Origin: Chara braunii
Lineage: Eukaryota; Plantae; Charophyceae
Assembly (NCBI GenBank): GCA_003427395.1
Contig: BFEA01000004.1
Location: 3,628,334 to 3,692,333, forward strand
DNA: 64,000 nt
Direction: 5' to 3'
In this document: positions 11,950 to 25,456 of the stretch, one piece after another
How the letters are laid out: every line of letters begins with the position of its first letter
How positions within the stretch are numbered: the stretch's first letter is position 1
Notes under the pieces: generated by a model
Databases searched by the model: none
Seen by the model: only the letters and a program-made list of their open reading frames with translations
Told to the model about the DNA's origin: nothing
Translations under genes and position numbers: made by a program

Positions 11950-14710
11950 GTTCATTTTCATAGAGGGGTAGAAAAAATCGGTTCCATAGTATCTGGCCAA
12001 CAAACCGAACTTTTCTCATTGAGTTCGATCATCCAACTGGAACTGACGCATATGTGTTAGACTCTCAAACCTTAACTAGACATCTTGCAGACTGAGCAGG
12101 ATATTAAGTGGGCACTTACAACTTTCTACACAGAGTAACTAGGGGGACAGTGGGAGGGATGATTGCTCGTGTTGAATGGGGGGGAGACTAGGATGACTCG
12201 ACTGGGCAGGGATGGCCCAAGGACTACTATTTGGTATTCAATGACGGGATTAACATTGATCCCTCCTTCCCAATGAGACCCCCATCTGAATATCCAGACC
12301 TCTTCCCACCTCACCCCCTCTCCCTGGTGGAGGGCCTGGAGGCTCTTGTTTGATCACAACTTTTGCTGCACCACAAGCAAGATCCACCGCCGGTGCCTCC
12401 CGAGGAGGGAAACAACTTCAGCGTTGCGACGAGCTTTCGGATGCTACACACTACTGGAGCCCGGGAACTAGGCAAGCGTGCAACTGGGGGGTGCTGTCAC
12501 CCAGTAGCAGGGTGAAATGAATTGAATCAACAACTCTGCTCTCTGCGAGATCATTTGAAGATAGACGAGGTGGTGGCTGAGAGGTGACTAAAGAGGAGGA
12601 TAGCAGCTAGCAGAAAGGACTTAAGCTTCACTGTTGGAGAAAGCGCTAACCATACATAAGTGGTGATGGGAGATGCTAGATATGATAGGCTAGAAGAGGC
12701 GCCCTTTTCAAGGGATGAAGAGACACTTCTATCCACACAACTTTTCCTACCGCTCAGTCAATCCCCCTGGGTAATTTGGGGTAATCAATGTTGGCGGGAT
12801 ACTCTCATGTCTGTTTCGCTGGGGGGCAATGCAGGGAATGGATGGGCACAATAGAATGGAGTGGGGACATATCTGATCTGCAACAGCAGTGCTAAAAAGG
12901 CAATAGAGACGACCCCCTGATTTCCAATAACTTGACTGATATAAAACTCTATTTCCCATTACGCCCCCCAGTTGAGTCCATGATCCCTTTCCACCACGTG
13001 CTCTATCTCTAACAAAAGTTTTGTGCTAAATGGTCTGATTTTGAGTAGCTTAATGATAACGCCCCGAGGATGCCCGCTGGCTGGATGACATTGATGAATT
13101 TCTTCGACCCATGGAGAACAGCCTCACACCAGCCCAGCAGACAAAGCTAGATTTCTCCCTCAGCGAGGAAGAAATCTGGACGACTCTCCTCTAGATGGAG
13201 GAATTCCGGAAAGTCATGTGGTCATTCTCAGTAACGATATGATGCAGTTCTATATAACGGTTTGGGAGACGAGGGAGATGGGGGAGTTGTTAGGGCAAGG
13301 GGAGGCGATAAAATGAATCTTAGGAACTATAGGTCTATAATGGTAGCCTATAAGATGATATCCAAAGTCCTAGCTAACCGCATGATTAAGGTGATCGGGG
13401 ACCTTATTCATCAGACCCAGACAGGTTTCATTTGGAAGAAACATATAAGATAACATCCTCCTTGTTAATGAGATGATTAAATTATCCCGCCAGTCTAAAA
13501 GCAATGCAGCCTTTGTTTTCGTAGATTTTGAAAAGGGATATGGCCACCTCGATTGAATTTTCCTCGATAGATGTTTGCAAAGACTGAATTTCGGCCCAGA
13601 CTTTCGAAAATTGGTGTGGATCTTACATCAAAACGCGACAACCTTAGTCCAGGTGAATGGTTTGCTGACACCAGAAATTAGGCTACAAAGTTCGGTCAGG
13701 CAGGGAGACCCGATTGCTCCTTTCCTCTTCATCATAATAATGGAAGCCATGTCCGTCAACGTCCGTTGCAACAGAGACCTCGAGAAAATCTAGATTGCAG
13801 GCATACTAGAGGGGTTCATCCCGGTCTGCAACCTGTTCGCGAACGACTTGACAATAATCGTGGAAGCGCTAACTCTCAACATGGAGGAAATCCAAAGGGT
13901 CATGGACCGTTTCTGCCTCTAGTCAGACATGGCAGTCAATTGGGGGCAGAAAACATTGGACTGGTGGCTACACCAGCAAAGAGGTCAGCCACATGAAATA
14001 CCTCGTATTACATGGTTGACCTCTGATGTAGTGATCTGAATTCTTGGGGTCAAGATGACAACACACCACCACCCTGCTGAAAATGATGATTGACTCACTT
14101 CCCCGACCGTGGCCAAGCTCTCCCAATGAGAGAAGGTTAACAACAGTCGTATTTTTCATCACCACTTCAGGACGCCCTTCACCATTTTAGGATGCAGCTT
14201 GCCTAAACAAGTGGTTTTCAGGGTTTTCGAACCTTTCACCACTTCAGGACCATTCAGATCTGAAAATCCTGAATGGTCCTGAAGTGGTGAAAGCTCCGAA
14301 GACCCTGAAAACCACCTGTTTAGGCCGGTTGCATCCTCAAGTGGTGAAGGGTGGTTTTCATGGTCTTCGGACCTTTCACCACTTCAGGACCATTCAGGAT
14401 TTTCAGACTGCCCAAAACTCTCACTTGACCACTTCAGGACACCCTTCACCACTTCAGGATGCAGCCTGCCTAAACAGGTGGTTTCAGGGTCTTCGGACCT
14501 TTCACCACTTCAGGACCATTCAAGATTTTCAGATTGCTCAAAACTCTCACTTCAGAATTTTCATTCCTGAATTTTCAGCTACCCGATAACCGTTTGTGTT
14601 CCCAATGGAACCACACGCACGCATTGCTTTTCGGACGGGCCTTGGTGATAAATAATGTGGTGCTGGCCACATTATGGTATAAGTTTGTCTTGTGGCCATT
14701 CAGCAAGGCA
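11950..14710 (+). mobile_element. Decayed, rearranged L1/Tx1-like LINE ORF2 fragments (RT at ~13080-13990)
   Basis: NYRSIMVAYKMISKVLANR, QTGFI, FVDFEKGY, VRQGDPIAPFLF, LFAND (the YADD-equivalent), GRALVINNVVLATLWY. Confidence 0.9.
14129..14599. mobile_element. Mobile satellite cassette, short copy, flanked by direct repeat TCCCAATG
   Basis: Contains CCTTCACCACTTCAGGA units in both orientations. TCCCAATG lies at 14121-14128 and 14600-14607. Both termini are shared with the 23.76-25.46 kb copy. Confidence 0.85.
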
Positions 14711-15319
14711 ACCCAGAGTTGTTTATTCGCTCGTACGAATACGACTCGTTCATACAGTTCGAACGACCGTACTTACGCTCCCCCGAGAGGTCGTACAGGG
14801 CGTACGAACGGTTGTACGAACCGTCGTACGAGCCGATTCGGGGGTCTTAAGAGGAGGGAGTCAGTGAACTAAAGGGGCGGGCGGGTTGTGCATGTGAGGG
14901 TCTACCCCCCCAGTGTGAAAAAAACGCAAAAGAAAAAAAATTGTGCAAGGGGTTTGGGAGGGTGGGGAAGCGGGGGGCTTCAATTTTTTTTTTAAAGGTC
15001 CCACTCCCACCCACCCCGTCCCGCAAGTCCGCAAATGCAGGAAAATTATGTAGTCCCGATAGCGGGATTTTCAGCCTTTTTTGGCAATTTTGAGAGCATA
15101 CAGACGGTGCAGCGGCCAGAGAGTGACATGTGGCAAAAAAGGAGAGTGTCGTTACGCCTCGTCCAAGGCCGTTGCATACGCACACTCACGCACCACATGC
15201 CCCGGTTGCCCGCTGCCCCGCTCCCAGATTATATATATCAAGATCCGGGATGCATGTTGCTGCAAGGGGTGCAACCTGGACAACTGCCAACTATGTGCAT
15301 GCGTGGCCGATGCCTTTAA

Positions 15320-16118
15320 CCGCCAGTACCTTTGAACTGCCCCTCCCGAACCAGTCCGGGGCCGTTGTCCAACGCTACGGGAGGGCAAGCCGAAAAAAAA
15401 ACAGAGCTGTCATTGTCATTTCGGAAAAAAAAAAAAAAAAAAAAAGTTGAGGAGCGGGATTGGCATTGCAGCTGGCAGCGGTCCCTGGTTGGTAACCTAG
15501 CTACTATGGGTCTCGCTCTGCAACTGGCCAACGTGCAAAAAAATGAGAATGAATCTGCCGTTAGAACATGGAAAGATACACCCCATATTTTTGCCTTTTG
15601 TGAATGTCGTGAGGTCGGCCTTGCTCTACTACTCACGACATTCAGAAAAGGTAAGAATATGGTGGTGTATCTTTCTATGGTCCAATGAAAGATTCATTCT
15701 TATTTTTTTGCATATGGTGAGTAGTGGAGGGAGACCCATAAATCGTTAGTACGGCGTGATTGGAGGACAGATTGTCAGTGACAACGGGACACAATGTCAT
15801 TTTTTTATTTTTTTTATTTTTTTTCGTTTCTGCAAAAAATGAACTTTCATTCCCGCGCGATACTTTTTTCTACAATATGCCTCTGTCTAAAGCGCACAAC
15901 AACCAAAACGCAGTTTACATGCGTTCAGAACGTTGCCTTGTCCTTTTAGATATCGTGATTCCCCAAGGAGTCGCGATATCTTGGAGAATCACAATATTTT
16001 TTTTACTTTTTTTTTCAGCGAAAAAATACGTTTTTTGTGAGTTTCTATAAACAAAAGTCACGGTGGCCAGTTCCAGCCCTAAGAGGTAGAAAAAGAAGCA
16101 GGGAAAGGTACTGGCGGC
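15320..16118. mobile_element. TTAA-flanked non-autonomous TIR element (piggyBac/Kolobok-like)
   Basis: TTAA-CCGCCAGTACCTTT ... AAAGGTACTGGCGGC-TTAA. Confidence 0.75.
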
Positions 16119-17134
16119 TTAACACACTGGTCAAACTCTATCCATGCTTTGGCAATGTGGCATCTGAATGTTGTAGGTTCAAATCCTACTCCCACCAATC
16201 TTCCACTATCTACCCCCCCCCCCCCCCCACGTTGTGGCTGTTGTTGGTTGCACATGTGACCATCTGCAGTGCCACGTAGCAGCTTGCTGAAGATCTTGAA
16301 GACCCCCTTGTCTAAGGGGCTACATTGCAGTGAAATCTGTCTGGCTGATTGAAGATCTCAGCACACCGAGATGATGATGATGATTATTATTTTTTCTAAT
16401 GCTGCAACGGCAGTTTGGCAACAGTGAAGACCTCCTCTAGCTAGCGAGCTACCCAACAGTGCAATCAGGTTGACTGATCAAGATCTCAATCAATCCTAGA
16501 TTATTTTGCTCTTGGTCAACCAAGAGTTTGGTATCACCTCCCTTTCACTAACCTACTCTCCCACACCCCCTCTTTCTCTCTCTTTTCCACCATCTAATTA
16601 TTTTTTCTAACTCTCCACTACTCTTCTCCCTTCTTTTCCGGGTTTTCCCTACTTCTCTCCTCCCCTTCCCACTATTCTCTCATACCCCTACCTCTTCACT
16701 AATATTCCACAATCTTTTTTTTCCGTCTCCTCCTTACTCACTCACTTTTTTCCACTAATCTATCCTTCTCTCCACCTTTCTCATTCCTCTCTCTCTCATT
16801 TTCTCCCTCTCCTCTTCCCCTACCCTCCCCCAACTACAACCCCATCATCTCCCCCACCTCCCACCTCAATCTTTTTCTCTTTACCACCTATTTCTCATTT
16901 TCTTCATCACTTTTTTCATTCCCCCCACCCAAACTTTGAATTTTTGGGTTTTTCTTATTTTGTCTATCTCTTTGATTTAAATTTCTTTTCTTTTCTACAA
17001 AATATTGAATTATCTCATTCCCTACTTCTTTTCTCATTTTTTTATTATTTTATTTTTTATTTTTATATATTATAAAATTTTGAATTTTTCTGCGGCACCT
17101 CTATATTTTGTTAGGACTTGGTCATTTCTGCTAT

Positions 17135-17490
17135 CGACGCACACTTTGACCCCTTGGGAGTAACGAAGTGTTGCCGAAATTTTCTCTTCTTCCAGCACAT
17201 TTTGACCTCTTGGGTGTAGCGAAGTGTTGACAATTTTTTTTCCATTTTACTTAGGCATTTTTTTTTACGACACACTTCGACCCCATGGGGGTATCGAAAT
17301 GCTGCCAAAATTTTCGAAAATTTCAAAACTTAGTTTCTTCTTCACTCTTCTCCATCTCCTCGTTTATTTATTTGTTTTTCTGAAATTTTAATTTGCGGCA
17401 TTGTAAAACTTAGTGTGCTTCTCTTAGTCTCCTCTTCCTCTTGGCACATTTTTTACCCCATGGGTGGTAGGGAAATGTTGCCGCAAATTC
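17135..17490. repeat. Diverged ~60-70-bp tandem units
   Basis: CACA(C/T)TT(T/C)GACC(C/T)C.TGGG.GTA.CGAA.TG.TG.C.AAATT recurs near 17141, 17197, 17271 and 17446. Confidence 0.75.
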
Positions 17491-17527
17491 CAAAAAAATA
17501 AATATTATTTTTCTTTTCACATTTTGC

Positions 17528-17595
17528 CTAGGCTACCAGCCGGGCCGCCCGGGTCCCCGATGGCCAGCCCGTGCAAGGACCAGGGAAGGTCCCAA

Positions 17596-17633
<38 letters not shown>

Positions 17634-17811
17634 AAAAAAACTATGTTATGCAGAAAAATAAACTGAACAATTTTTGCCTCAGGGTCACATCGGAATTCTT
17701 CACCAAATTTAGAATGAAAAATAAAATTTAAAAATATTTATTTTATTTTTATTATTTTAATTTATTTTGGCCCGGTCGGGCAAGTGACCCCGGGCCACTC
17801 TGGTAGCCTAG
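17528..17811. mobile_element. hAT-like MITE
   Basis: 12-bp TIR CTAGGCTACCAG/CTGGTAGCCTAG. 8-bp TSD CATTTTGC at 17520-17527 and 17812-17819. Confidence 0.88.
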
Positions 17812-19231
17812 CATTTTGCTTATTTTTTTCTTTTTTAAGTTTTTTTATTTTTATTAATTTTTATCTGGAAATTTTACTATTTATTTATTTTTCTTCTCCC
17901 CTCCCCTCCATGATTGTTATTTTACTTTCTTGATTAGGTTGCCGCTACTCCACCCTACCCCCCAAACTCCGATTAGGATTTTCTTAGGTTTTTTCTAGGG
18001 CCTAGGGTTCTCCTACCCCCCCTCCTTTTCCGCCTCCTCCTGTTGGACACTCTGAACCCGAACGGATCCTCTCCCCTTGACCGGCTTCGCGCCATCCTCT
18101 CACGCACGACCCGTTGGTCACGGAGCGCACCAACTCACGACTACCCACTCTACTTCCATGGTCCTCTCCCTCTCAATTGTGGGCCTCTTTCTCCACACAC
18201 GAGGCCATCTCTTTCCCCACCTCCCGTCATGTCTACTCTCATCCATCCACCGCAGTTGGACTGGAGTTCATCCATGGAGATCGTTGTGGCGCCATCAATA
18301 TATCAAGCGCCAATTCAGTTAACAACTCTCGATCAGGCCCCTATGGACCTTGAGATCGTCCTCGCGGCCCTCCTCGCACCAATGCAAGCGCGCCTCGATG
18401 CGCTTGGACCCATACAAATGCAAGTCAATACGCTCACCCTTTACATCAACCGCCTCAAGGGATCTCCTCATCGTTCCCCCCACCGCCTTCACACTCCATC
18501 CCCAACCGGCTCCAGACATGGAGACATAGTGGTTCCCCCTCCTCCACGGGTCAAGCCCAACACTCCCCCTCCACAGTGGTGACTGTCGTTGCCGCTTAGA
18601 CCATATCGTCTGTTGCGGCACATCCATCGGGCCCTGCTGCCCCTACCGCTTTGGCCACTGTCGTAGGTGCCGCCGCCCAGATATTGTTATCTAGCCAGAC
18701 AATTTCATCTACCCATCCCAGTGTTGCTGCCCAGCTTCCCACACCGGTCGCGACACTACGGTCCGGAGCCCTCCCTCCTTCGCTTATCCCCTCACTTCCA
18801 CCTAAGGGCTCCCTACGATTTTTTACTGCTCCCCCAGCTACAACACCCTCTCTGACTCCTCCACCTCCGACCCTGTGCACCCAGCGAGTGGCTACCTTGC
18901 AGGCCACCATGACGCAGATACAGGCGGAGATGCTCACCTTGAGACAGCCTCACAGTTCACATGTTTCTCACCCTTCATCTTCCCTCACTACTTCTACTTC
19001 GGTTTTGCAGGCTCGTTTCCCTCAACCTGCTCCTTTGCCTCTACCCTCCTACCTTACCACTCCGTCACACGTTCCTGCGGTCGTTGCCTCCACCTCTGCT
19101 GGAACTTTTACCAATGGCTACGGCCCACAACCTGATCTCACTTTTACCCCTGCACCGGCCCCGGCTTTTGCCGCCTCTGTGCAGACCCCTCAACCTTCTT
19201 CACCTGGGCGTAGCACAGCGGTCCCCCCTTT

Positions 19232-19834
19232 GTGCGCCTGTCGGATATACCTAACTGCGATGGCACACTTCGTGTGTCGCATTGGTTGCAGGCAACCATG
19301 AGCGCACTGACAATGACAAATACTAGTCAGAAGTCGTGGTGCTCTCTGCTCGCAACCAAATTGCGAGACTGCGCTTTCACCTCGTGGAAGAGGTATTATA
19401 CTGATCGTACTCACATAGGTGAGGCTCCCACTTTCACAGACTTCATCGCTTTCCTTCATGACCGCTATGGCGCTCAGAACGACGTGACCGACGCCTTAGA
19501 TAGGGTCAGCCAAATGCAGTGGCCTGAGTCCTCTGCACCGACAGACCTAGAGCGTCACATTCGGGTGTTTCAAAACGCCCGCCTTATTTCTGATGAGTCA
19601 CACCTATCAGAGGTTCTTCTGACCAACAGGTTTCTCGTCGGTCTGCCCCCTGATTATCGCATAGAGCTTTGGAGACAGACCTTCATGTCCACAGACCAGG
19701 CTGGGCGAGGTTGCTCGACAATATCAGAGGATGTGGAGTCGTTTCTCCGGCGCCCCGTCCTCTCCGCGCCACCTCCCAATCACGCGGCAGCACTTGAGGC
19801 CTTTAGTCTTTCTCCGGCCGCTTTCACCACTTAG
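19232..19834 (+). pseudogene. Retrotransposon gag capsid-like fragment
   Basis: LATKLRDCAFTSW..TFTDFIAFLHDRY..LLTNRFLVGLPPDYRIEL, a typical Retrotrans_gag pattern. Confidence 0.75.
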
Positions 19835-21559
19835 CTCAGACTGGAGCGCCATTCTCTCGTCGCTACTGTTCTATCGAGTTCGGCGACGACTTTACGGCAG
19901 AGGTCGACCCTAGCCACGGGGACGTCCCCGAGGACCACAAGCTTCGGAATGTGATCTAGTACCACTTGGATCACGAGACTTTCGCGATGGATTGCCGCTT
20001 GCAGGCGGCAATGTCCGCCATGGGTCGTGCTTGCAGTAGGCTTGCACAAGTTGGCGCCTGCATGTTCGTTGTTCCTCAGATAGACCTCCCACAGGGTTTC
20101 GTCCCTCCTCGCGGAGGCCTATCCCCTTAGGAGCGCACCGTCCTTGAGGCCCGTCGAGGTTGCCTTCATTGCCGCCAAGATGGACACACCTCCTTACAGT
20201 ATCCATACCATGCTGCCCTCGATCGGCACTATGCTGAAATTTCTTGTCAGCGTCGATGTCAGTCCCTCCTCGGCCCCGCCCGACCACTCCCAACCAGCTA
20301 GCCACGATGCACTGTACCGTTGAGGCCTCGCTCGTAGCCGGCTTCCCGACCATCGAATCCCAGTTTGCCCCTTTGGCTACCACAACAGAGGATCCTTAGG
20401 ACACGACGGACGCAGTTTCTTTTGACCCGTCGTCTGTCGAAGTACCGTCTTCCCCACAACAGACCGCCACATCTAGTTCTTCTCCTTTGAGATTTTCGAC
20501 GCATCGCGCCATTCGCATAACTCACTGTAGCAGTCAGCCGACGACTTGCGATGACGTTATGTCATCTCTCTTGGATTTGAGCATTCTTCAGGCTCGTTAG
20601 AAGTGACTCACGAGACAAATAAACGTCCCGCGTCTTCTTCTCGTACCGCTCTCTGACCTTGATCACACCCTCCTCATTATTCTCATTCGCCATCTACGAG
20701 GGTGTGCCGCACTTTATGAGACTTCGGGTCGCAGTGGGATTTTGTTCACCCTCACGTGATTGAGGAAACTCGTTTAGCTACCTCTGAGCCTCGCTCTCCT
20801 ATCTCCGTTACCCTCAGAGATAACAAGAGCAAAGATTCTTCGATCACACAGTCCCTGACCTCCACTTTTCTCTCACCCTCCAGCCATTGGATAGTACCCT
20901 GGCGCCTCGACGCTACCATTTCTCCGCATTCTTCGACGTGTTGGAGACTGAGTACGACTTTATCCTTGACACTCCGTGGTCTCGCAAGTTCCGTGGCGCA
21001 GAGGCCGAATGGGCCACTGAGACACTCATTCTCAAAACGAAGTGTGGTCAGACCTATCGAGTCTCCTTCATTGGCACTACGGGCGACACCCTTACCTCCC
21101 CAGGACCCTCGTCCTTCCGGGTCCCACCCGAACATTGCCTTCACCACTTCTCGCCAATTTATTCACTTCATACATCAGGAGGACGCCACCTTGTACGTGG
21201 TGAATGTCATGGATCTTCTTCGCTATGATTCACTATGTCCAAAGCTTAATCCCCCTGACCCTTCCTCCATCTCGCGGCTCCCATCTCTACATCCACTCCT
21301 CAATCTGCGGATACCCCGTCGACATCGCAGGTTTTTCCGTCGTTTACTGGCAAGTCCACATATACGTCTCGTGCCGATACAGACACTAAGGAACTCGCGC
21401 GGTTCACGACCGACTTCGAACCTGCCGCTCATGACCTTATTCGAGAGTACCCCGACGTCTTTTCCCCGTATTTCTCATACAACGAGATTCCTCCGATGCG
21501 CAGTGTTGAACATTTTATCCTGCTCGTGCCAGACTATCGTGTCCAGCATTAGGCACCCC

Positions 21560-22960
21560 ATAGACACTCGATTCTAGAGGCGACAGGACTCAAGCGTCCG
21601 CTTGAGGAGCTCCTTCGACTGGGTTTCATTAAACCGAGTAACTCCCCTTGGGGTGCACCCGTCCTCTTTGCTCGCAAAACGAAAAAACTCAACGCCTCTA
21701 CATGATTACCGCAACCTTAACCGTTACATGATTAAGAATAATTATCCCATGCCTCGCACGGATGAGCGTTTTGACTGTCTGGCAGGCGACCGCTTCTTCA
21801 CAAAGATCGATCTTCGTAGCAGTTATCACCTGATCCACGTTGTCGTTCAGGACCAGTCCGAGACCGATTTTTTGTCACGCTTCGGCCACTACGAGTTCAG
21901 GGTGATGTCATTCAGACTCACCAATGCACCCGCCACCTTCCAGATGGCGATGAACAATATCTTTAGGGACATTCTTGAATAATACTTTTTTTTGTACCTG
22001 GACGACATTTTGGTATACATTCGTACCTTAGAATACCATCTCAGACACCTCCGCGATGTCCTACGACACTTACGGAAGCATGGCTTCTATGCGAAGCTTA
22101 GTAAGTGTCACTTTGTCCAAGGCAAAGTGAATTTTTTAGGACACCATGTGTCTGATCAGGGTTTCCACATGGACGACGTGAAGATCACCGCTGTCACGGA
22201 GTGACCCATCCCCACATCCGTCAAGTAGCTTCGCGGTTTCCTATGGTAACTTCATCTGGGATACGCTAGGTATTCGTACGTCCTTACCTCCACCCTCCTT
22301 CGTAAGAACCCGCCATGGTTCTGGACACCTTTCTGTGATGATGTTTTTTGCACCCTCAAGAAGACGGTGACTTGTGCGTCGGTTATTCGCCTCCCCGGTT
22401 TTGATTGTTCCTTTATAGTTACCAACGACGCGTCAGATTTTGCAGTAGGAGTTGTACTTTCTCAACTGTTTTCTCACTTGTCTTGATTCCCTTTATCCCC
22501 ATGTTCCCTAATTTCACCCCCCTCTTGCTGACAGTGCTTCTCGAATGACGCTTATCCTTCCATCACTTCCCTCCAGTGGCAGTCCTTTCGTCACTTACTC
22601 CCTGACCATCGTGGAGGATGAGATTGTCAAGGCTTGTGCTGGGGATTGCGATATCGTCTTCTACTTCCGTAAGCAACTGCCTACCGAGATAAACTACATT
22701 GTCGATGAATGTGAGGTTCTCACAGTAGTTTTTGCTACCCGTCACTGGTGTCATTATCTGCACGAGGCACCCTTCACGGTGCATATGGAAAACTCAGTTG
22801 TCAAGGTTTTTCTCACGAAGCTCAAACTTTACCATTGACAGACACGCTGGTGACGTGATTTATCTGAGTTCAGTTTCGCCACCCAGCCTATAAAGGGTGA
22901 AACGAACTGTGTCGCCGATGCCTTGTTTCACCGCCATTACCATAATCAAGAACCTATCCA
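21560..22960 (+). pseudogene. Gypsy RT and RNase H fragments
   Basis: DYRNLNRY, YPMPRTDE, FTKIDLRSSYH, YEFRVMSFRLTNAPATFQ, YLDDILVY, KLSKCHF, TNDASDFAVG, HWCHYL. Confidence 0.93.
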
Positions 22961-23089
22961 CCTTGCTGCCATCTCGATCACCACCGTTGATCACTCGGTG
23001 ATCGATGCATATCGCACTCAATAACACCACTGTCCGGATTATTGCTACATCCACGCGATACTTCGGAGTGGCAAAATCGTTTCTTTATA

Positions 23090-23439
23090 AACTTTCATTT
23101 TGTCAAAATTGACATTTTTTATTTTTTGAATGAAATTGAAACTAAGTTTTTTGGCCGAAAACTCGTCGAAATTTGCTGCTCCTGAGGGTTCGACGTTCTT
23201 AAAACGTTGGACCCCCTGGATGTATGTAGACCGTGACTTAGCTTCATACCAGATACATCTAGTGGAAATCGCCTAATTCTATCTGATCTGAATCGAGGTC
23301 CAAATACATCCAGGGGGTCTAACGTTTTAAGAACGTCGGACCCTCAGTAGCAACAACTTTTGACGAGTTTTCGGCCAAAAAATTCGGTTTCAAGTTCATT
23401 CAAAAAATAAAAAATATCAATTTTGACGAAATTGCAGTT
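23090..23439. mobile_element. Palindromic MITE of the AAC...GTT family, inserted in the Gypsy pol
   Basis: Arms CATTTTGTCAAAATTGA...TTTTGGCCGAAAACTCGTC and their reverse complement GACGAGTTTTCGGCCAAAA...TCAATTTTGACGAAATTG. Same family as the 30.9, 56.3 and 59.6 kb copies. Confidence 0.88.
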
Positions 23440-23763
23440 CTCACTCTATTGGTGAGAACGGTCTAGTGTACTAACATGGTAGATCTGATCAACTCGAGCT
23501 ATGTATATACGTTCCCTATACTGGACAGCTCCGCGTCCCGGTCGTAATAGAGCTCCATGACCAGACAGTTGTCGGTCATATGCGCTTCAACAAGACGTTG
23601 ACCCTTGTTTGCCGCCTATACGTCTGACCGAAGTCCAAGAACTTCGTCGAAACCCATGTCTAGGCCGTGCGAACCACCTTGAATTCCGTATTGGGTTACT
23701 TCAACCTCTACTTATACCTGATGGTCGTTGGCAGTCCATCTGAATAATTTTTGTTGGTTTCCC

Positions 23764-25456
23764 AGAGAGAAGGTAAACAACAATTATATTTTTCATGATA
23801 CTTAATTTTACCATTCACCACTTCGGGACCGTTCGGAATTTCAAGAATGTCAGAACACTGCGAAGATAGATTGTTTTCAGAGTGTTCAAACCGTTTACCA
23901 CTTCAGGATTGTTCGCGATTTTCAGCCTGCCGAAACAGATGGTTTTTAGGGTGTTTAGATCCTTCATCACTTCATGACCGTTCAAGATTCTTAGACTGCC
24001 TAAATAGTTACTAAGATAGATTGTTTTCAGGGTGTTTAGACCCTTCACCATTTCATGATTGTTTGCGATTTTCAGTCTACCTAAACAGGTTGTTTTCAGC
24101 ATGTTTAGACCCTTCACCACTTCAGGACCGTTTGTTATTTTCAGACTATCTAAACAGTTGTCAAGATAGATTTTTTTCAGACCATTCAGACCCTTCACCA
24201 CTGCAGGATTGTTCGGGATTTTCAGATTGCCTAAAAATGTTGTTTTCAGGGTGTTCAGACCCTCACCACTTCAGGACCATTTATGATTTTCATATTGTCT
24301 AAACAGTTGCCAATATAGGTTGTTCTCTGGGTGTTTAGATCCTTCATCACTTCAAGATGGTTTGGGATCTGCAGATTGTCAAAACAAGTTGCTTTTAGGG
24401 TGTTAAGACTCTTCACCACTTCAAGATTCTTTGGGATTTTCGGGTTGCCTAAGCATTTGTCAACATAGGTTGTTTTCAGGGTGTTTCAGACCCTTCACTA
24501 CTTCAAGATCGTTCACGATTTTCAAGTTGCCTAAACAGATTGTTTTGAGAGTGTCCAGACCCTTCACCACTTCATGATTCTTTGAGATATTCAGATCGCC
24601 TAAATAGTTGTCAAGATAGGCAGTTTGAAAATCCCGAACCATTTTGAAGTTGTGAAGAGTCTGAACACTCCAAAAGCAACCTGTTTAGAAAGTCTGAAAA
24701 TTTTGAACCATCCTAAAGTGGTGAAGGGTCTGACCACCTTGAAAGCAATATGTTTAGGCAGTCTGAAAATCCCGAACCATCCTGAAGTGGTGAAATGTTT
24801 GAACAACCTAGAATTTTCAGGGTGTTCAGACTCTTCACCACTTCAGGACGGTTTGGGGTTTTTAGGGTGTTCAGACCCTTCACCACTTTAGCATGGTTCG
24901 AGATTTTCAAACTTCCTAAACAGGTTACTTTCAGGGTGTTCAGACCGCTCATCACTTCAAGATCGTTCGGGATTTTCGGGTTGCCTAAACAATTGCCAAG
25001 ATAGATTGTTCTCAGGGTGTTTCATACCCTTCACTACTTCGGGATCGTTCAGGAATTTCATGTTACCCAAACATATTGTTTACCGGGTGTCCATACCCTT
25101 CACCACTTCAGGATTGTTCGGGATTTTCAGATTGCCTAAACAGTTGCCGAGATAAGGAGTCTGAAAATCTTGAACCATCCTGAAATGGTGAGCGGTCTGA
25201 ACACCCCGAAAGCAACTTATTTAGGCAGTCTAAAAATCCCGAACCATCCTGGAGTGGTGAAGGGTCTGGACACCCTAAAAGAAACCTGTTTAGACAGTCT
25301 GAAAATCCCGAATTCATGGCAAATAGAATGCGGGTGCATACTGCTCACCATGAAGAACATACCTCTCACTCCGAATTCGGGGCAAATAAACGACCGTAAA
25401 TTTCTCACTTCAGAATTTTCATTACCGAATTTTCAGCTATCCGTCAACTGCTTGTG
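23764..25456. mobile_element. Mobile satellite cassette, long copy: 66/78-bp units with internal inversions, inserted in the Gypsy integrase
   Basis: About 20 copies of GACCCTTCACCACTTCAGGA..GTTC..GATTTTCAG..TGCCTAAACAG. Inverted blocks at ~24620-24810 and ~25158-25315. The integrase frame FVGFP|HPPTERGH rejoins across the insertion. Confidence 0.9.

Noticed and set aside
16529-16540. tRNA-iMet primer-binding site for the plus-strand Gypsy element
   Set aside because: Only TGGTATCA matches. There is no adjacent CA-ended LTR with a recognisable 3' partner.
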